Below, piece after piece: positions 28,607 to 37,952 of a stretch of DNA of 64,000 nucleotides (positions are counted from its first letter, which is position 1; the number at the start of each line of letters is the position of its first letter). The translations under genes were made by a program, and so were the position numbers. The notes under the pieces are model-generated. The model ran no database searches. It was not told the DNA's origin and saw only the letters and a program-made list of their open reading frames with translations. The stretch is taken from positions 1-64,000 of IMG/VR virus record IMGVR_UViG_3300017766_003232, one strand, 5' to 3'. The stretch comes from a virus. Lineage: Duplodnaviria; Caudoviricetes.

Positions 28607-28907
28607 ATTGTTCCATTGTAATTTGTTCAGTAATAAAATGTAAATCTTCTATACAAAAATCTTTTAAATCAATTGTAACATCATCTTCAATAAATACATC
28701 ACCTTCTTCATTTATTGTGCAATTAATTGCATCTTCTTCACCTACACATTTCCAAGGAGCTATGCTTACTTTAAAAGGTTTTTTGTTTCTTTCAATTAAT
28801 AATTTAATTAATGTAATTATTAATTCTTTAGTTCTATAAACTGCTTCTGATTGATCATTAACAATTGCTAATACAGTTTTCATTTTCATATTGTTGTTTC
28901 GTTCCAT
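28587..28907 (-). CDS. Hypothetical protein
   Basis: 106-aa ORF in operon. Confidence 0.55.
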   Translation of the reverse strand: MERNNNMKMKTVLAIVNDQSEAVYRTKELIITLIKLLIERNKKPFKVSIAPWKCVGEEDAINCTINEEGDVFIEDDVTIDLKDFCIEDLHFITEQITMEQYEKNSN

Positions 28908-29449
28908 TGTAATCCTTCTTTATTTTTTGTTGGTATTAATGCTTCCCAATTTTCCCATAAAGCATTGTTTAAAACTGTTTCAATATTTGGTAAAAAATTT
29001 AATTTACCTGCTTGTTTTTGAATTGCAATAAAATTTTCAGTTGATGCAATTGCTTTTTGGTGTTGTTCTTCTGTTTTAACTTTTTTCAAGTATTTAATCT
29101 TATGTTTTTCAGCAATTACAGCTGTGTTAGTAGAAGCTCTAAGCACACGAGTTCCAACTTTTACAGGATATACTTGATACCATTCCCAAAAATTAATATT
29201 ATCACCTTTTACACCTAATAATTTACCAATATTATGCTTACTAATTGCAGTATGGGATAAACTTGTTGAATCATCACTTAGTATATAATCTGTTCCAACT
29301 AATGTATTTCTAATTTTAAGAGCAGATTCTTTTGTAAATAATGATTTTATCCAAATTAAATTATTATAGTATAAACCATGTAAAATAATAAATTGAGAAG
29401 CAGTAAGATTATGTTTTAAAAGAACTTGTTCATCAATTTCTAATTTCAT
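28886..29449 (-). CDS. Putative replication initiator/helicase-loader-like protein
   Basis: N-terminal wHTH-like segment plus FWEWYQVYPVKV motif (FxxFWxxYPxK-type); lies between SF2 helicase and DnaB. Confidence 0.45.
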   Translation of the reverse strand: MKLEIDEQVLLKHNLTASQFIILHGLYYNNLIWIKSLFTKESALKIRNTLVGTDYILSDDSTSLSHTAISKHNIGKLLGVKGDNINFWEWYQVYPVKVGTRVLRASTNTAVIAEKHKIKYLKKVKTEEQHQKAIASTENFIAIQKQAGKLNFLPNIETVLNNALWENWEALIPTKNKEGLQWNETTI

Positions 29450-30528
29450 ATAAACTTAATTTTTAAAGGATTAAAACCTGCAATTGCAGAATGTAACCAA
29501 ATTTCATCTTGTGTATTTTTTAAATAAACAACATAAATTGTTGCTTTTTTAGTATCTTCAAGATTCATTGTTCTTAATGCTTGTTGTATAAATAATGCTT
29601 CTACACTTTTTACTTGATTAAATACTGCTAATTTTAAATTAGGAATAGTTATTCCCATTGAAATCATTGATATTACAGAAAGTTTATTTATTTCTTCATT
29701 TGCAAATTTTGACAATGATTTTTTATCAGATGCACTATGATAAGATGCTTCTCCAACTTGATCAGCAATAGAAGATCTACCTGTAAACACGAGCACTCTA
29801 TCCATATTTTCTATTAGCTCTTTTGTTTTATTTAACTTAGCTAATGATTCATAAATTAATTGAGTTCGTTTTGATACAATGTTTTTTATTTTATAAAATT
29901 CATCGTTTTCAATTGCTTCGCTAAATTTAGAATCCCAGTATTTATATGCTTGTAATTCAGTTTGAAAAAATGGTTTTTTAGGGTTTCCTGCCTGGATATG
30001 GTTACTTACGTTATCCAATTGGCAACCTACGCAAATAATTTCATAATCTGCAATTATACCATCATTTACAGCTTCTTCAAAAGAATAATCATATAACTTA
30101 TTGATTTTCAATATTGATTTTATTGTAGACTCACATTCTTCATTTAATGTTCCTGATAATCCTAAAACTCTACAACCATATAACTGGTGTTTTTTTAGTT
30201 CTAATAAAACGTATTTATTATAACTGTGAATTTCATCAGCAATTATTAAATCAAATTTTTGTTTAATCTTTTTTAATCCATTTGACCAACAATAAGTAAC
30301 TTTTATATTGTCATTTAATTTCCATTTTAGTTGTTCTTTTTTCCAAGAATCAAAAATTGGAATTAAAGGAGCGACAATAAGAACTTGAATTTCTTTCGAT
30401 ACTGTATTTAAAGCATCAATTGTTAATTTTGTTTTGCCCACTCTGGGACTAATATGAATTAAACCAACAAAACGATTTGCTGTAATTGCTTCTGTTGCTT
30501 CTTTTTGTATAATAAATCTTTTATCCAT
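29446..30528 (-). CDS. Superfamily 2 helicase
   Basis: SPRVGKT, IADEIH, LSGT, MGITIP, QQALR. Confidence 0.85.
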   Translation of the reverse strand: MDKRFIIQKEATEAITANRFVGLIHISPRVGKTKLTIDALNTVSKEIQVLIVAPLIPIFDSWKKEQLKWKLNDNIKVTYCWSNGLKKIKQKFDLIIADEIHSYNKYVLLELKKHQLYGCRVLGLSGTLNEECESTIKSILKINKLYDYSFEEAVNDGIIADYEIICVGCQLDNVSNHIQAGNPKKPFFQTELQAYKYWDSKFSEAIENDEFYKIKNIVSKRTQLIYESLAKLNKTKELIENMDRVLVFTGRSSIADQVGEASYHSASDKKSLSKFANEEINKLSVISMISMGITIPNLKLAVFNQVKSVEALFIQQALRTMNLEDTKKATIYVVYLKNTQDEIWLHSAIAGFNPLKIKFI

Positions 30529-30533
30529 TGTTT

Positions 30534-30917
30534 CTATTTATACCATAAAAAATAAAATAATTGATTATCCTTATCAAAAAGTAAATCAACGTATAAATTA
30601 TAACCATTATTTACTTGAACCCATTTATCTGAATTTAATTTATTATATTCTTCATTATATTTATTTATAAAATATTGAAGATCTGTTTTTTCATTCGGAA
30701 ATATAATGGTTGAAAAACAAACATTGTTTTCATCAAATATGTACATTGCTGTACAAATTGGTAAACTTACACTAATCCAATTATTGTCAGGATAACCTGT
30801 TTCTAATTTATTGTTTTTAAATTCATCAACAATTTCATTTGTTGTGTAGCCAATTCTAGCCTGTGTAAGACTATTAAATGAAAAAAGCAATATAAGTATT
30901 GTAAATATTTTTTTCAT
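30534..30917 (-). CDS. Putative exported protein
   Basis: MKKIFTILILLFSFNSLTQA signal peptide followed by RIG. Confidence 0.6.
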   Translation of the reverse strand: MKKIFTILILLFSFNSLTQARIGYTTNEIVDEFKNNKLETGYPDNNWISVSLPICTAMYIFDENNVCFSTIIFPNEKTDLQYFINKYNEEYNKLNSDKWVQVNNGYNLYVDLLFDKDNQLFYFLWYK

Positions 30918-31111
30918 CTTTTAAATTGCATTTTAAAAATTTCAAATTCTATTCCATATTCACCATTTGGATTTTGCATTGGTGTAATAATAGGTCGAAT
31001 TTCTAATATTTTGTGTTTTATTTGACTTAATATAATTCTTTGTTTCATATTGTAATTTTTTAACTCCGAATCAATTAAATCTAACACTTGTTGTTTAGAT
31101 ATTATATCCAT
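30914..31111 (-). CDS. Hypothetical protein
   Basis: 65-aa ORF, IISKQQVLDLI motif. Confidence 0.5.
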   Translation of the reverse strand: MDIISKQQVLDLIDSELKNYNMKQRIILSQIKHKILEIRPIITPMQNPNGEYGIEFEIFKMQFKR

Positions 31112-31113
31112 AA

Positions 31114-31677
31114 TTAATAACTTGCGTACCCAAAAAACACATAATGACCAGGTGCTTCTTTTGTACTTGATTTATAAGTAATTTTTGCTACAGTTGTGCT
31201 TCCTGAATCTTTAGATAATCTTCTTTCTATTTTTACAACAGTAGCATCTCCAGTTTTTTCAGTATAAGCTCTTGCTTCTTTTACAGCATCTGCTTTGTTT
31301 AAGAAAGGTTTACTATTCCAATAGTTAAAATAAGATTCAGCAATATAAACTAATTCCCATTTACGTGTTCCTTTAAATACAGAATGATCAACAACAGATT
31401 TAATTTTATTTGAGTTTTTAACAGGTTCAGTTAAACAAACACCCCAAGCACCATGATGCTTTCCCATATCATTAGAAACCTTATCAATAAATTTTTGAAT
31501 CTGTAATTTACTTTCTTTCCATTTAGAAGTTACATCTGTAAATCCTGCTGAACAATTAATTTGTCCAGAATAACCTTCTTGATGACCATATTCTTCATCT
31601 GCACATTTTACTAAGTGACTATATGCATCTTGCATTGACTTTGCTTTTGTGCTATTTTGAAACCAACTTGCTCCCAT
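31114..31677 (-). CDS. Hypothetical protein
   Basis: ORF-track call 31114..31722; the likely start is MGASWF at 31677. Confidence 0.6.
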   Translation of the reverse strand: MGASWFQNSTKAKSMQDAYSHLVKCADEEYGHQEGYSGQINCSAGFTDVTSKWKESKLQIQKFIDKVSNDMGKHHGAWGVCLTEPVKNSNKIKSVVDHSVFKGTRKWELVYIAESYFNYWNSKPFLNKADAVKEARAYTEKTGDATVVKIERRLSKDSGSTTVAKITYKSSTKEAPGHYVFFGYASY

Positions 31678-31740
31678 ACTTTTTAAAATTAAAAAGTGCG
31701 AGAATATCGAAATATCTCGCACTTTTGATTAAACATTTAA

Positions 31741-32178
31741 TTAATTTTCTTCTTCTTGTTTGTAAGGAAAAACTTCAACAATTGGAGAAACTGCTACACC
31801 TGTAATATTAAAATCAACCATTAATCCTGATAATGATTCTTTTAATTTAACAGTTGCATCTGCTACTGATGTTGCTGTCAATAAGAAACTTTGACGAGTT
31901 TTCTTGTTGCTTTCTCCATCTATAGATCCATCAAATTCAATTTTACCAATATACCATACATCGGATTCTTGATAATAGAAAATATCATGAATATCAAATA
32001 TTGCAATTGCAGTAATTGAAAATTCTCCACGAATTGTATCTCCTAATTCTTCGTAAATTCTTGTCTCAGCATCACTAAAAGTCATTGCTGCAAGTAAATA
32101 AGGTTCAGTAACCTTTTTAAAAGTTCCATTGTCTAATTGCTTAGTGTAGCGAACTTTTACTAAAAACCATTTGTTCAT
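31741..32178 (-). CDS. DUF4494-family protein
   Basis: WFLVKVRY...KKVTEPYLLAAMTFSDAETR duplicated-module pattern typical of Bacteroidota and crAss DUF4494. Confidence 0.75.
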   Translation of the reverse strand: MNKWFLVKVRYTKQLDNGTFKKVTEPYLLAAMTFSDAETRIYEELGDTIRGEFSITAIAIFDIHDIFYYQESDVWYIGKIEFDGSIDGESNKKTRQSFLLTATSVADATVKLKESLSGLMVDFNITGVAVSPIVEVFPYKQEEEN

Positions 32179-32192
32179 ATTTATTGATTTAT

Positions 32193-33302
32193 TTAATTGT
32201 ATTTTTGAAATAATAATTTGTGTAAATGATTATAAATTTTTTTTATTTCTTTTTTGCTAAAATTTATATTATTTTCATTATACATAATTAACAATTCATT
32301 ATTTTCATTCCAATCTCCACATATTATCATAGAATTGGATACATAAAAATCATCTTTTAAAATCAAATCTTTTATTTCAGATGAATCATTTTCTGTTGGT
32401 AAATCTGCTAATTGATACATTGCAATAGATTCTTCTTGGTTTTTTGATTTTCTTAATACTTTAACCATTGGTACAAGATCAAAATCTTCAATACATTCTA
32501 CAATATCTCCAATTTCATATCTTTTTTCTATAATATCATTTTCACTAACATTTATAATAACATATTTTTTATTAATAATAGAAAAATTATCTTTTGTAGG
32601 TGTTAATGATAAAATATTTCCTTTGTATTTCCATTCTGAATTATTTTCATTATATTTTACAATTTCTGCCCATTTTCCATTAAAATAAACAGCTCCTCCA
32701 TCGCAATCATCGTCTTTGTCTCCTTCTATATGTTCGGCAAATAGATTTACATATAAACCACCGTTTTCAATAAAAGTATCTTCATCTATATCATGAGATG
32801 TAACTTCAAGAATAATTGTTGGTTTATGCACAACTCTAAATTGTGTTCCAATTGGATAATGTATTTTAATTTCATTAAATAAATCAAATTTATCTATTAC
32901 AAAAGCAATGTATAATGATTGTGCATTCCATAAACATATATCACTACTAAATATACCTTCTACAATACCAAATAAATCAATTTTATATGCAGGTCTACTA
33001 TCTAATTTAACAATTTTATTATTGTTAAAAACATCCATTACATATTTTCCTTCTTGATAAGTTTGCAATTTATAATTTAAAAATTCTATTGAATTTCCTA
33101 AATTATTATCAATATAAGTAGTATGAAACATATAATTTTCTCCTTTAATTATAAAAGTTCCATCACTAAATACATCATCAACAATTACACATTGTCCTTT
33201 GTATTTATCCATACCATTATCACACCAAGATGAATCTGAATATGGACTTGTTGAAATTGGGTGTTGTTTAATTTTTATTAAGTCTCCTTTTAAAACATTC
33301 AT
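32193..33302 (-). CDS. Hypothetical multidomain protein
   Basis: 369-aa mosaic ORF coupled to the polB stop. Confidence 0.6.
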   Translation of the reverse strand: MNVLKGDLIKIKQHPISTSPYSDSSWCDNGMDKYKGQCVIVDDVFSDGTFIIKGENYMFHTTYIDNNLGNSIEFLNYKLQTYQEGKYVMDVFNNNKIVKLDSRPAYKIDLFGIVEGIFSSDICLWNAQSLYIAFVIDKFDLFNEIKIHYPIGTQFRVVHKPTIILEVTSHDIDEDTFIENGGLYVNLFAEHIEGDKDDDCDGGAVYFNGKWAEIVKYNENNSEWKYKGNILSLTPTKDNFSIINKKYVIINVSENDIIEKRYEIGDIVECIEDFDLVPMVKVLRKSKNQEESIAMYQLADLPTENDSSEIKDLILKDDFYVSNSMIICGDWNENNELLIMYNENNINFSKKEIKKIYNHLHKLLFQKYN

Positions 33303-35272
33303 TATTTAATAATTTTAGTTAATATTTTATTGCATCTGTCAATATAATATTGATAATTAATATCATATTGACTAAATAATTTTTCAATGTAAGTATTGAA
33401 AATTGTTTGTAAACTATCTGCTTCAACTCTTGATTCTCTTGTACCATCATCAATATCTCCAAATATATTCATTTGCATACTTGGTGTTTTTGATTCTAAT
33501 TTTGGTAATCTTTTTAATAAATGTATACCATTATTTGAAATATAATATCTATTAATTTTTTGTAAATCAATTTCTTCTTGAGTTTGTTTATTAAAAGAAA
33601 CAAGTTTGTTTTTACCAATTGATTTAGCACCTAAACAGAAATCGTAAATATTTTGATGATTCATTATTGTATTTTCTATTGGCACATTATTTACAAAATA
33701 ATTTTGAAGTGCTAATGGAACTATTCTTGCTGATTTGTTTTTATGTAATTCAAAATCGGATACAAAATCACCTTTTGTTTTTACTTCTCCATCAGTTTTA
33801 ATAGCAATATAATCATTTACAGATGTTTGTGCAAATAATTTATAATCAACATATTCTAATTGACCTAAATCAGAATTACCAACTATTACTTCCCATTTTT
33901 TACATGTTTCATAGTATATATCATTCAATGATTTATCAAATAGACAAACGATACCATCTGTGTTAGCAGAAATAATATGAATACCTCTTAATTCAAGCAT
34001 TTCAACTAACATTAATATTTCAATTTGATTTCCAATTGTTACAGTCATCATTGCATATGGACCATATTGCCAATTGTTTTCTTCACCTAACTTACCATAT
34101 CCACCACCATTAAGAGAAAGCTTATATGCTTCTTGTATAGCGTTGTATTTACGATCTTTTGTTTCTTTGTATTTCTTTTTTGCATCAAGTCTTTTTTGAA
34201 TAATTCCAACATATCCATTTAACCATTGCTCTCCTAAATGAGGAGGAAATAATTTTCTTTTTCTAATTGCATTTGGATATTGTGATCCAATATCAGCATC
34301 TCTAAGTTCTTGATTTTCATTAGGAATAATAATCCTTGGTTTATCTTCAGAATGAATTCCACCTTTAGCAATTGTATAAATTGTTCCATTATGCTCAAAC
34401 TTAAAACTTTGTTTTTTTGCTAAATCAATTTCAATTTTTCCAATTTGCTCTGCAAATAATTTAAATTTTTCTGTTTCAAAATATGTATATTCAGGAAAGC
34501 AATCTTTAAAAAACATTTTTTTAGATTCATAACTTGGTTTTGGTAATTCTTTTTTATCAATTCCAGTTAATGTACAATAAGATATTTTATTGATTTCATC
34601 ACCTATTTTTACATCGTTGTAATTTAAACATTTAATTCCAAATTCTTTCTGAATATTTAATCTTAATTGAATTTTATCTGTTCCTTTATACAAAGGATTA
34701 TCAGTTTCACCTTTTGTTATTTTATAAAATTCATGAGTTGCAAAAACATCATGATGATTATAAGGTAAAATTAATTCTTCAATTTGTTTTAAATTAACTT
34801 GTTCAGAATGATGAATTGGCATTTCTTGAATATCTGGTAAATCTAACATATATTCAATCCATTTCAATGATGTCATTCTTGCTTGGTTATCAAAATGCCA
34901 AATTTTAAATAAATCAAGTTGAGGTATTAATAATTTCCATTCTGGATATGTTGCCCATCCACCTGCATTTATTGTTTGAATAGTTTTTTGAGCAAATTGA
35001 TAAATCTCATTTGCAATCATTTCACCATTTCCTAACCAGGTTAATTCAAGAAATTTATTTTGATTTAATAGAATATAATGAATTACTTGACCATCAAATC
35101 CTAAATTGTTAAAACCTATTTGACCAGTTAATTTTTTTAAATGACTTAAATATTCAGGAAAATCATTTCTATCTTCATGAATAACAAATTCAGATTTTTT
35201 AAGAGTTGTAGGATCAATATCGCAATATGTATGACAATTTACAAGTGTTTCAATATCATATATTACTTTCAT
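33302..35272 (-). CDS. polB: Family B DNA polymerase
   Basis: Exo I YDIE, GFNNLGFD; motif A DIGSQYPN; motif B YKLSLNGGGYGK; motif C ANTDG; VNDYIA. Confidence 0.95.
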   Translation of the reverse strand: MKVIYDIETLVNCHTYCDIDPTTLKKSEFVIHEDRNDFPEYLSHLKKLTGQIGFNNLGFDGQVIHYILLNQNKFLELTWLGNGEMIANEIYQFAQKTIQTINAGGWATYPEWKLLIPQLDLFKIWHFDNQARMTSLKWIEYMLDLPDIQEMPIHHSEQVNLKQIEELILPYNHHDVFATHEFYKITKGETDNPLYKGTDKIQLRLNIQKEFGIKCLNYNDVKIGDEINKISYCTLTGIDKKELPKPSYESKKMFFKDCFPEYTYFETEKFKLFAEQIGKIEIDLAKKQSFKFEHNGTIYTIAKGGIHSEDKPRIIIPNENQELRDADIGSQYPNAIRKRKLFPPHLGEQWLNGYVGIIQKRLDAKKKYKETKDRKYNAIQEAYKLSLNGGGYGKLGEENNWQYGPYAMMTVTIGNQIEILMLVEMLELRGIHIISANTDGIVCLFDKSLNDIYYETCKKWEVIVGNSDLGQLEYVDYKLFAQTSVNDYIAIKTDGEVKTKGDFVSDFELHKNKSARIVPLALQNYFVNNVPIENTIMNHQNIYDFCLGAKSIGKNKLVSFNKQTQEEIDLQKINRYYISNNGIHLLKRLPKLESKTPSMQMNIFGDIDDGTRESRVEADSLQTIFNTYIEKLFSQYDINYQYYIDRCNKILTKIIK

Positions 35273-35287
35273 ATTTTCTATTGATTT

Positions 35288-35623
35288 TTAATTTAAAAAT
35301 TGTTCAATTTCTACTAATTCAGTTTCTTCTATTTCAGCAGAAATAGATTGCTTTGCTTGTTTTACAAAACGATTTATTCTAAATGCAGGTTCTTGTTCTC
35401 TACATAATAATGGTTGATAAATTGGAAAATTAATTATTTCTTCAAGCCATATTCCTGTAACAATTCCATCGTTATCAGCAAATCCTCGTATTGTATATTC
35501 TTTTCCTTCTTTAACCCAGTTTAAGAAAGCTTCATTTACAAAGCTTTCCATACCTGGTTTAATGCTAGAATCAATGCACAACACAATATCTCCAATTTCT
35601 AAACTAGCATCCATCTTCTTCAT
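35288..35623 (-). CDS. Hypothetical protein (SH3-like N-terminus)
   Basis: 111 aa; GDIVLCI...EGKEYTIRG...EPAFRINRF. Confidence 0.6.
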   Translation of the reverse strand: MKKMDASLEIGDIVLCIDSSIKPGMESFVNEAFLNWVKEGKEYTIRGFADNDGIVTGIWLEEIINFPIYQPLLCREQEPAFRINRFVKQAKQSISAEIEETELVEIEQFLN

Positions 35624-35879
35624 ATTTATAATAATTATTACTACTTAAAGCTTTGATATGATCTTTTTGTATTTTTCTGAAAAATCTTTGTTTACGAATC
35701 ATTGTTTTTCCAAATGTTCTACATAGAATAATGTTTCTATGTTTACTATTCCAAGGTGTTTGATTGCTTTTCCAATTTTCTTCTTTTTCTTCATAATTTT
35801 TGTTTGAATAACTTAAAATGTTTGCACAATAGGCAATAAATGCTATAAATAGCATAATAAATGTAATTTTTAAAAACAT
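35604..35879 (-). CDS. Hypothetical membrane protein
   Basis: Hydrophobic N-terminus, 91 aa. Confidence 0.4.
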   Translation of the reverse strand: MFLKITFIMLFIAFIAYCANILSYSNKNYEEKEENWKSNQTPWNSKHRNIILCRTFGKTMIRKQRFFRKIQKDHIKALSSNNYYKYEEDGC

Positions 35880-35906
35880 AATGAAATTTTAATTGTTTAA
35901 AGTTAG

Positions 35907-36045
35907 CAGTCAGGACAGGATTCGAACCTGTATGTTTGGATTCATTTACGTTGCCTCTACCACTTAGTACATTTCAACTAATTTGACAGGTCGTACCAAA
36001 CTCTTGTTACCATGCAATAGCGTCTACCAATTCCACCACCTGACT
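35907..36045 (-). tRNA. tRNA-like element with no assignable anticodon and an 88-nt central region
   Basis: Acceptor AGTCAGG/CCTGACT (7 bp), class-II-type D arm GTGGAATTGGTAGACGC, T arm ACAGG-TTCGAAT-CCTGT. No canonical anticodon arm and no encoded CCA. Confidence 0.65.
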
Positions 36046-36074
36046 AAAAAACCAAAGTATACTACATTGTACTA

Positions 36075-36428
36075 CTATCTCTTACGAGCCTGTGATAGTT
36101 TAGCTGCCCATTCTCTTTGGTTTTTAATTTTTTCTTCGACATCTTTCTTTGTAAGTCTGTGGGCATATTGGTAATCCCACGCATCGCCTAAAGGTATATG
36201 AACCAACTCTAAAGGTGTCGTACTAGCAACCATATATTGAGCATAGCCATCTGCAACTGGAAAGCGAATAATCTCGCCCACAAGTTTTTGTGTTGGTTTA
36301 TGTTTAGTCAATATATCTTTTAGTTGATCCAAATATGCTTTTTGCTCTGCCATATTTTCCCCATGTGTATTTCCAAATTTCCATTGAGGAACTGCAATTG
36401 AACTTGGTGCTGCGAATATCTTTGCCAT
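36075..36428 (-). CDS. Conserved hypothetical protein
   Basis: 117 aa; FPVADGYAQYMV...GDAW motif. Confidence 0.65.
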   Translation of the reverse strand: MAKIFAAPSSIAVPQWKFGNTHGENMAEQKAYLDQLKDILTKHKPTQKLVGEIIRFPVADGYAQYMVASTTPLELVHIPLGDAWDYQYAHRLTKKDVEEKIKNQREWAAKLSQARKR

Positions 36429-36439
36429 GTCTTTTCTAA

Positions 36440-36583
36440 TTATTGTTCAACTTTCTCAATAACTACATCATCGTAGTCATCATCTTTATAACTAAATGCT
36501 AAATCTTCAGCATCACTTTTTGTTAGGTAGTAATTATTAACTTCAAAACCACCAACCCAAACTGTAAAATATTCCTCTTCCAT
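36440..36583 (-). CDS. Small acidic hypothetical protein (47 aa, not in ORF track)
   Basis: Manual translation MEEEYFTVWVGGFEVNNYLLTKSDAEDLAFSYKDDDYDDVVIEKVEQ; fills a gap. Confidence 0.6.
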   Translation of the reverse strand: MEEEYFTVWVGGFEVNNYYLTKSDAEDLAFSYKDDDYDDVVIEKVEQ

Positions 36584-36610
36584 ATCTTGTTCGTTTTATA
36601 TTGTTATAGA

Positions 36611-36795
36611 AATATTTTGTGCTTGTTTATAAGTTCTTCTTAACCTGATTCTGGTAAAGCCCAGCAGAATAAGTAAACAACCTGGAATTAACTAATGTAA
36701 GGCTTCCAGAACTTTTTCCTTACTGCACAAAATATTAATATTGGTACTGAGTAGACTAACCTATATTCATAAATATAGTGTTGCTACGTTCTCAA
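36611..36795 (-). ncRNA. Candidate structured RNA / leader
   Basis: 12-bp perfect closing stem (36611-36622 / 36725-36736) enclosing further helices, plus an adjacent stem-loop, in a non-coding gap. Confidence 0.45.
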
Positions 36796-36804
36796 TATTA
36801 ATGT

Positions 36805-37209
36805 TTAATCTTCATAATAAAAATTATCAAAATCTTCATCAAAATCTTCAATTTGTTGATTTTTTGTTTCGACAATATTTTGAGCTAATTTTTTTATTTG
36901 ATCTTTTAAGTTTTTTGAAATGTCAATCTGTTCAAGACGAATGTTTAGATATTCTATTGACAAAAGGGTAAATTCTTTATTATCAGAAACAATAAGTAAA
37001 TCAAAAACTAATTCATTACCATAATCATCTACAAGAATAATTGTATCGTCTCTTTCAATTATTTCTAATTCTTCTGTAGCATTATAATCTACTTGAATTA
37101 TTTCTTCTTTAGTTTCAGATTTAAGTCTGTCTAATCGACTTAAATCTTTGTTTTTAAAAACTTTAGGAACAGTTGTATTTGGTTTTTTTGATAGGTAAAC
37201 TTTTTCCAT
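36805..37209 (-). CDS. Hypothetical protein
   Basis: 134-aa ORF with acidic tail. Confidence 0.6.
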   Translation of the reverse strand: MEKVYLSKKPNTTVPKVFKNKDLSRLDRLKSETKEEIIQVDYNATEELEIIERDDTIILVDDYGNELVFDLLIVSDNKEFTLLSIEYLNIRLEQIDISKNLKDQIKKLAQNIVETKNQQIEDFDEDFDNFYYED

Positions 37210-37211
37210 TT

Positions 37212-37655
37212 TTAAACTATTTGCAGATGTATGTAAGTAGAATCTTCGTCAATATGACCACCAAAAGTAGTATAATTTTTATTAAATTCATATTCATTTA
37301 ATTCTTCTTGTAAAAAATTATAATGTTTTACTTCATCATCTAAATTTTTTTTATTAAATTCTTTTATTGCTATTTCATTTGAGTAAGAGCAATCCATTGA
37401 AATTAAATAATTTTTGAAATAATCTACTTTAATAATTTTTACAACATAATCGTTTTCATCATTTGAATATTCATATACCCAGGTTTTTAATTCAAAATAT
37501 TTTTCTTCTTTTAAATTATTAGAATCAAATGGAATCCAATGTTTACAAATTGTTTCAGCTATAATTATTGCTGAATTTTTAGAATTAAATATTTCTATTG
37601 CTGGATCAGAATATCCTTCTCCATTTCCATGTACAATTAATATGTATTTTTCCAT
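37212..37655 (-). CDS. Hypothetical protein
   Basis: 147-aa ORF in operon. Confidence 0.6.
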   Translation of the reverse strand: MEKYILIVHGNGEGYSDPAIEIFNSKNSAIIIAETICKHWIPFDSNNLKEEKYFELKTWVYEYSNDENDYVVKIIKVDYFKNYLISMDCSYSNEIAIKEFNKKNLDDEVKHYNFLQEELNEYEFNKNYTTFGGHIDEDSTYIHLQIV

Positions 37656-37679
37656 ATGTATTTATTTCTATGGTTTTAT

Positions 37680-37931
37680 TTACCAATTTGAAACATTTGT
37701 AATACAATAATTATCACCAGGATGTGCATTCATCCAATCTCCTTGTTGAAGATAAAATGTTTGTTCATTACCTGAACAAGAATTTCTTATTACTACAGAG
37801 TAATCCATTACATTATCACTTAGTATTAATCCACAATTACAAACTTCATTTTTTTTGTTTGGTGTAATTTCATCTTTTTTGCAACTTAATGCAATTATTG
37901 CAAATAATGCAATTGCTAATAATTTTTTCAT
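37680..37931 (-). CDS. Putative small lipoprotein
   Basis: MKKLLAIALFAIIALS-C-KKDE lipobox typical of Bacteroidota; three additional Cys. Confidence 0.7.
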   Translation of the reverse strand: MKKLLAIALFAIIALSCKKDEITPNKKNEVCNCGLILSDNVMDYSVVIRNSCSGNEQTFYLQQGDWMNAHPGDNYCITNVSNW

Positions 37932-37952
37932 AGTTTTAATTTATTTTATTAT

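Noticed and set aside
35907-36045. tmRNA or standard tRNA-Met/Leu call for the tRNA-like element
   Set aside because: It has a D stem, lacks the G3-U70 alanine identity and a tag ORF, and the CAT is not in a canonical 7-nt anticodon loop.
36611-36795. Known ribozyme or riboswitch (hammerhead, theta/HDV, c-di-GMP)
   Set aside because: I could not find their conserved core sequences by eye, and the element is not directly 3' of the tRNA-like element as theta ribozymes are.
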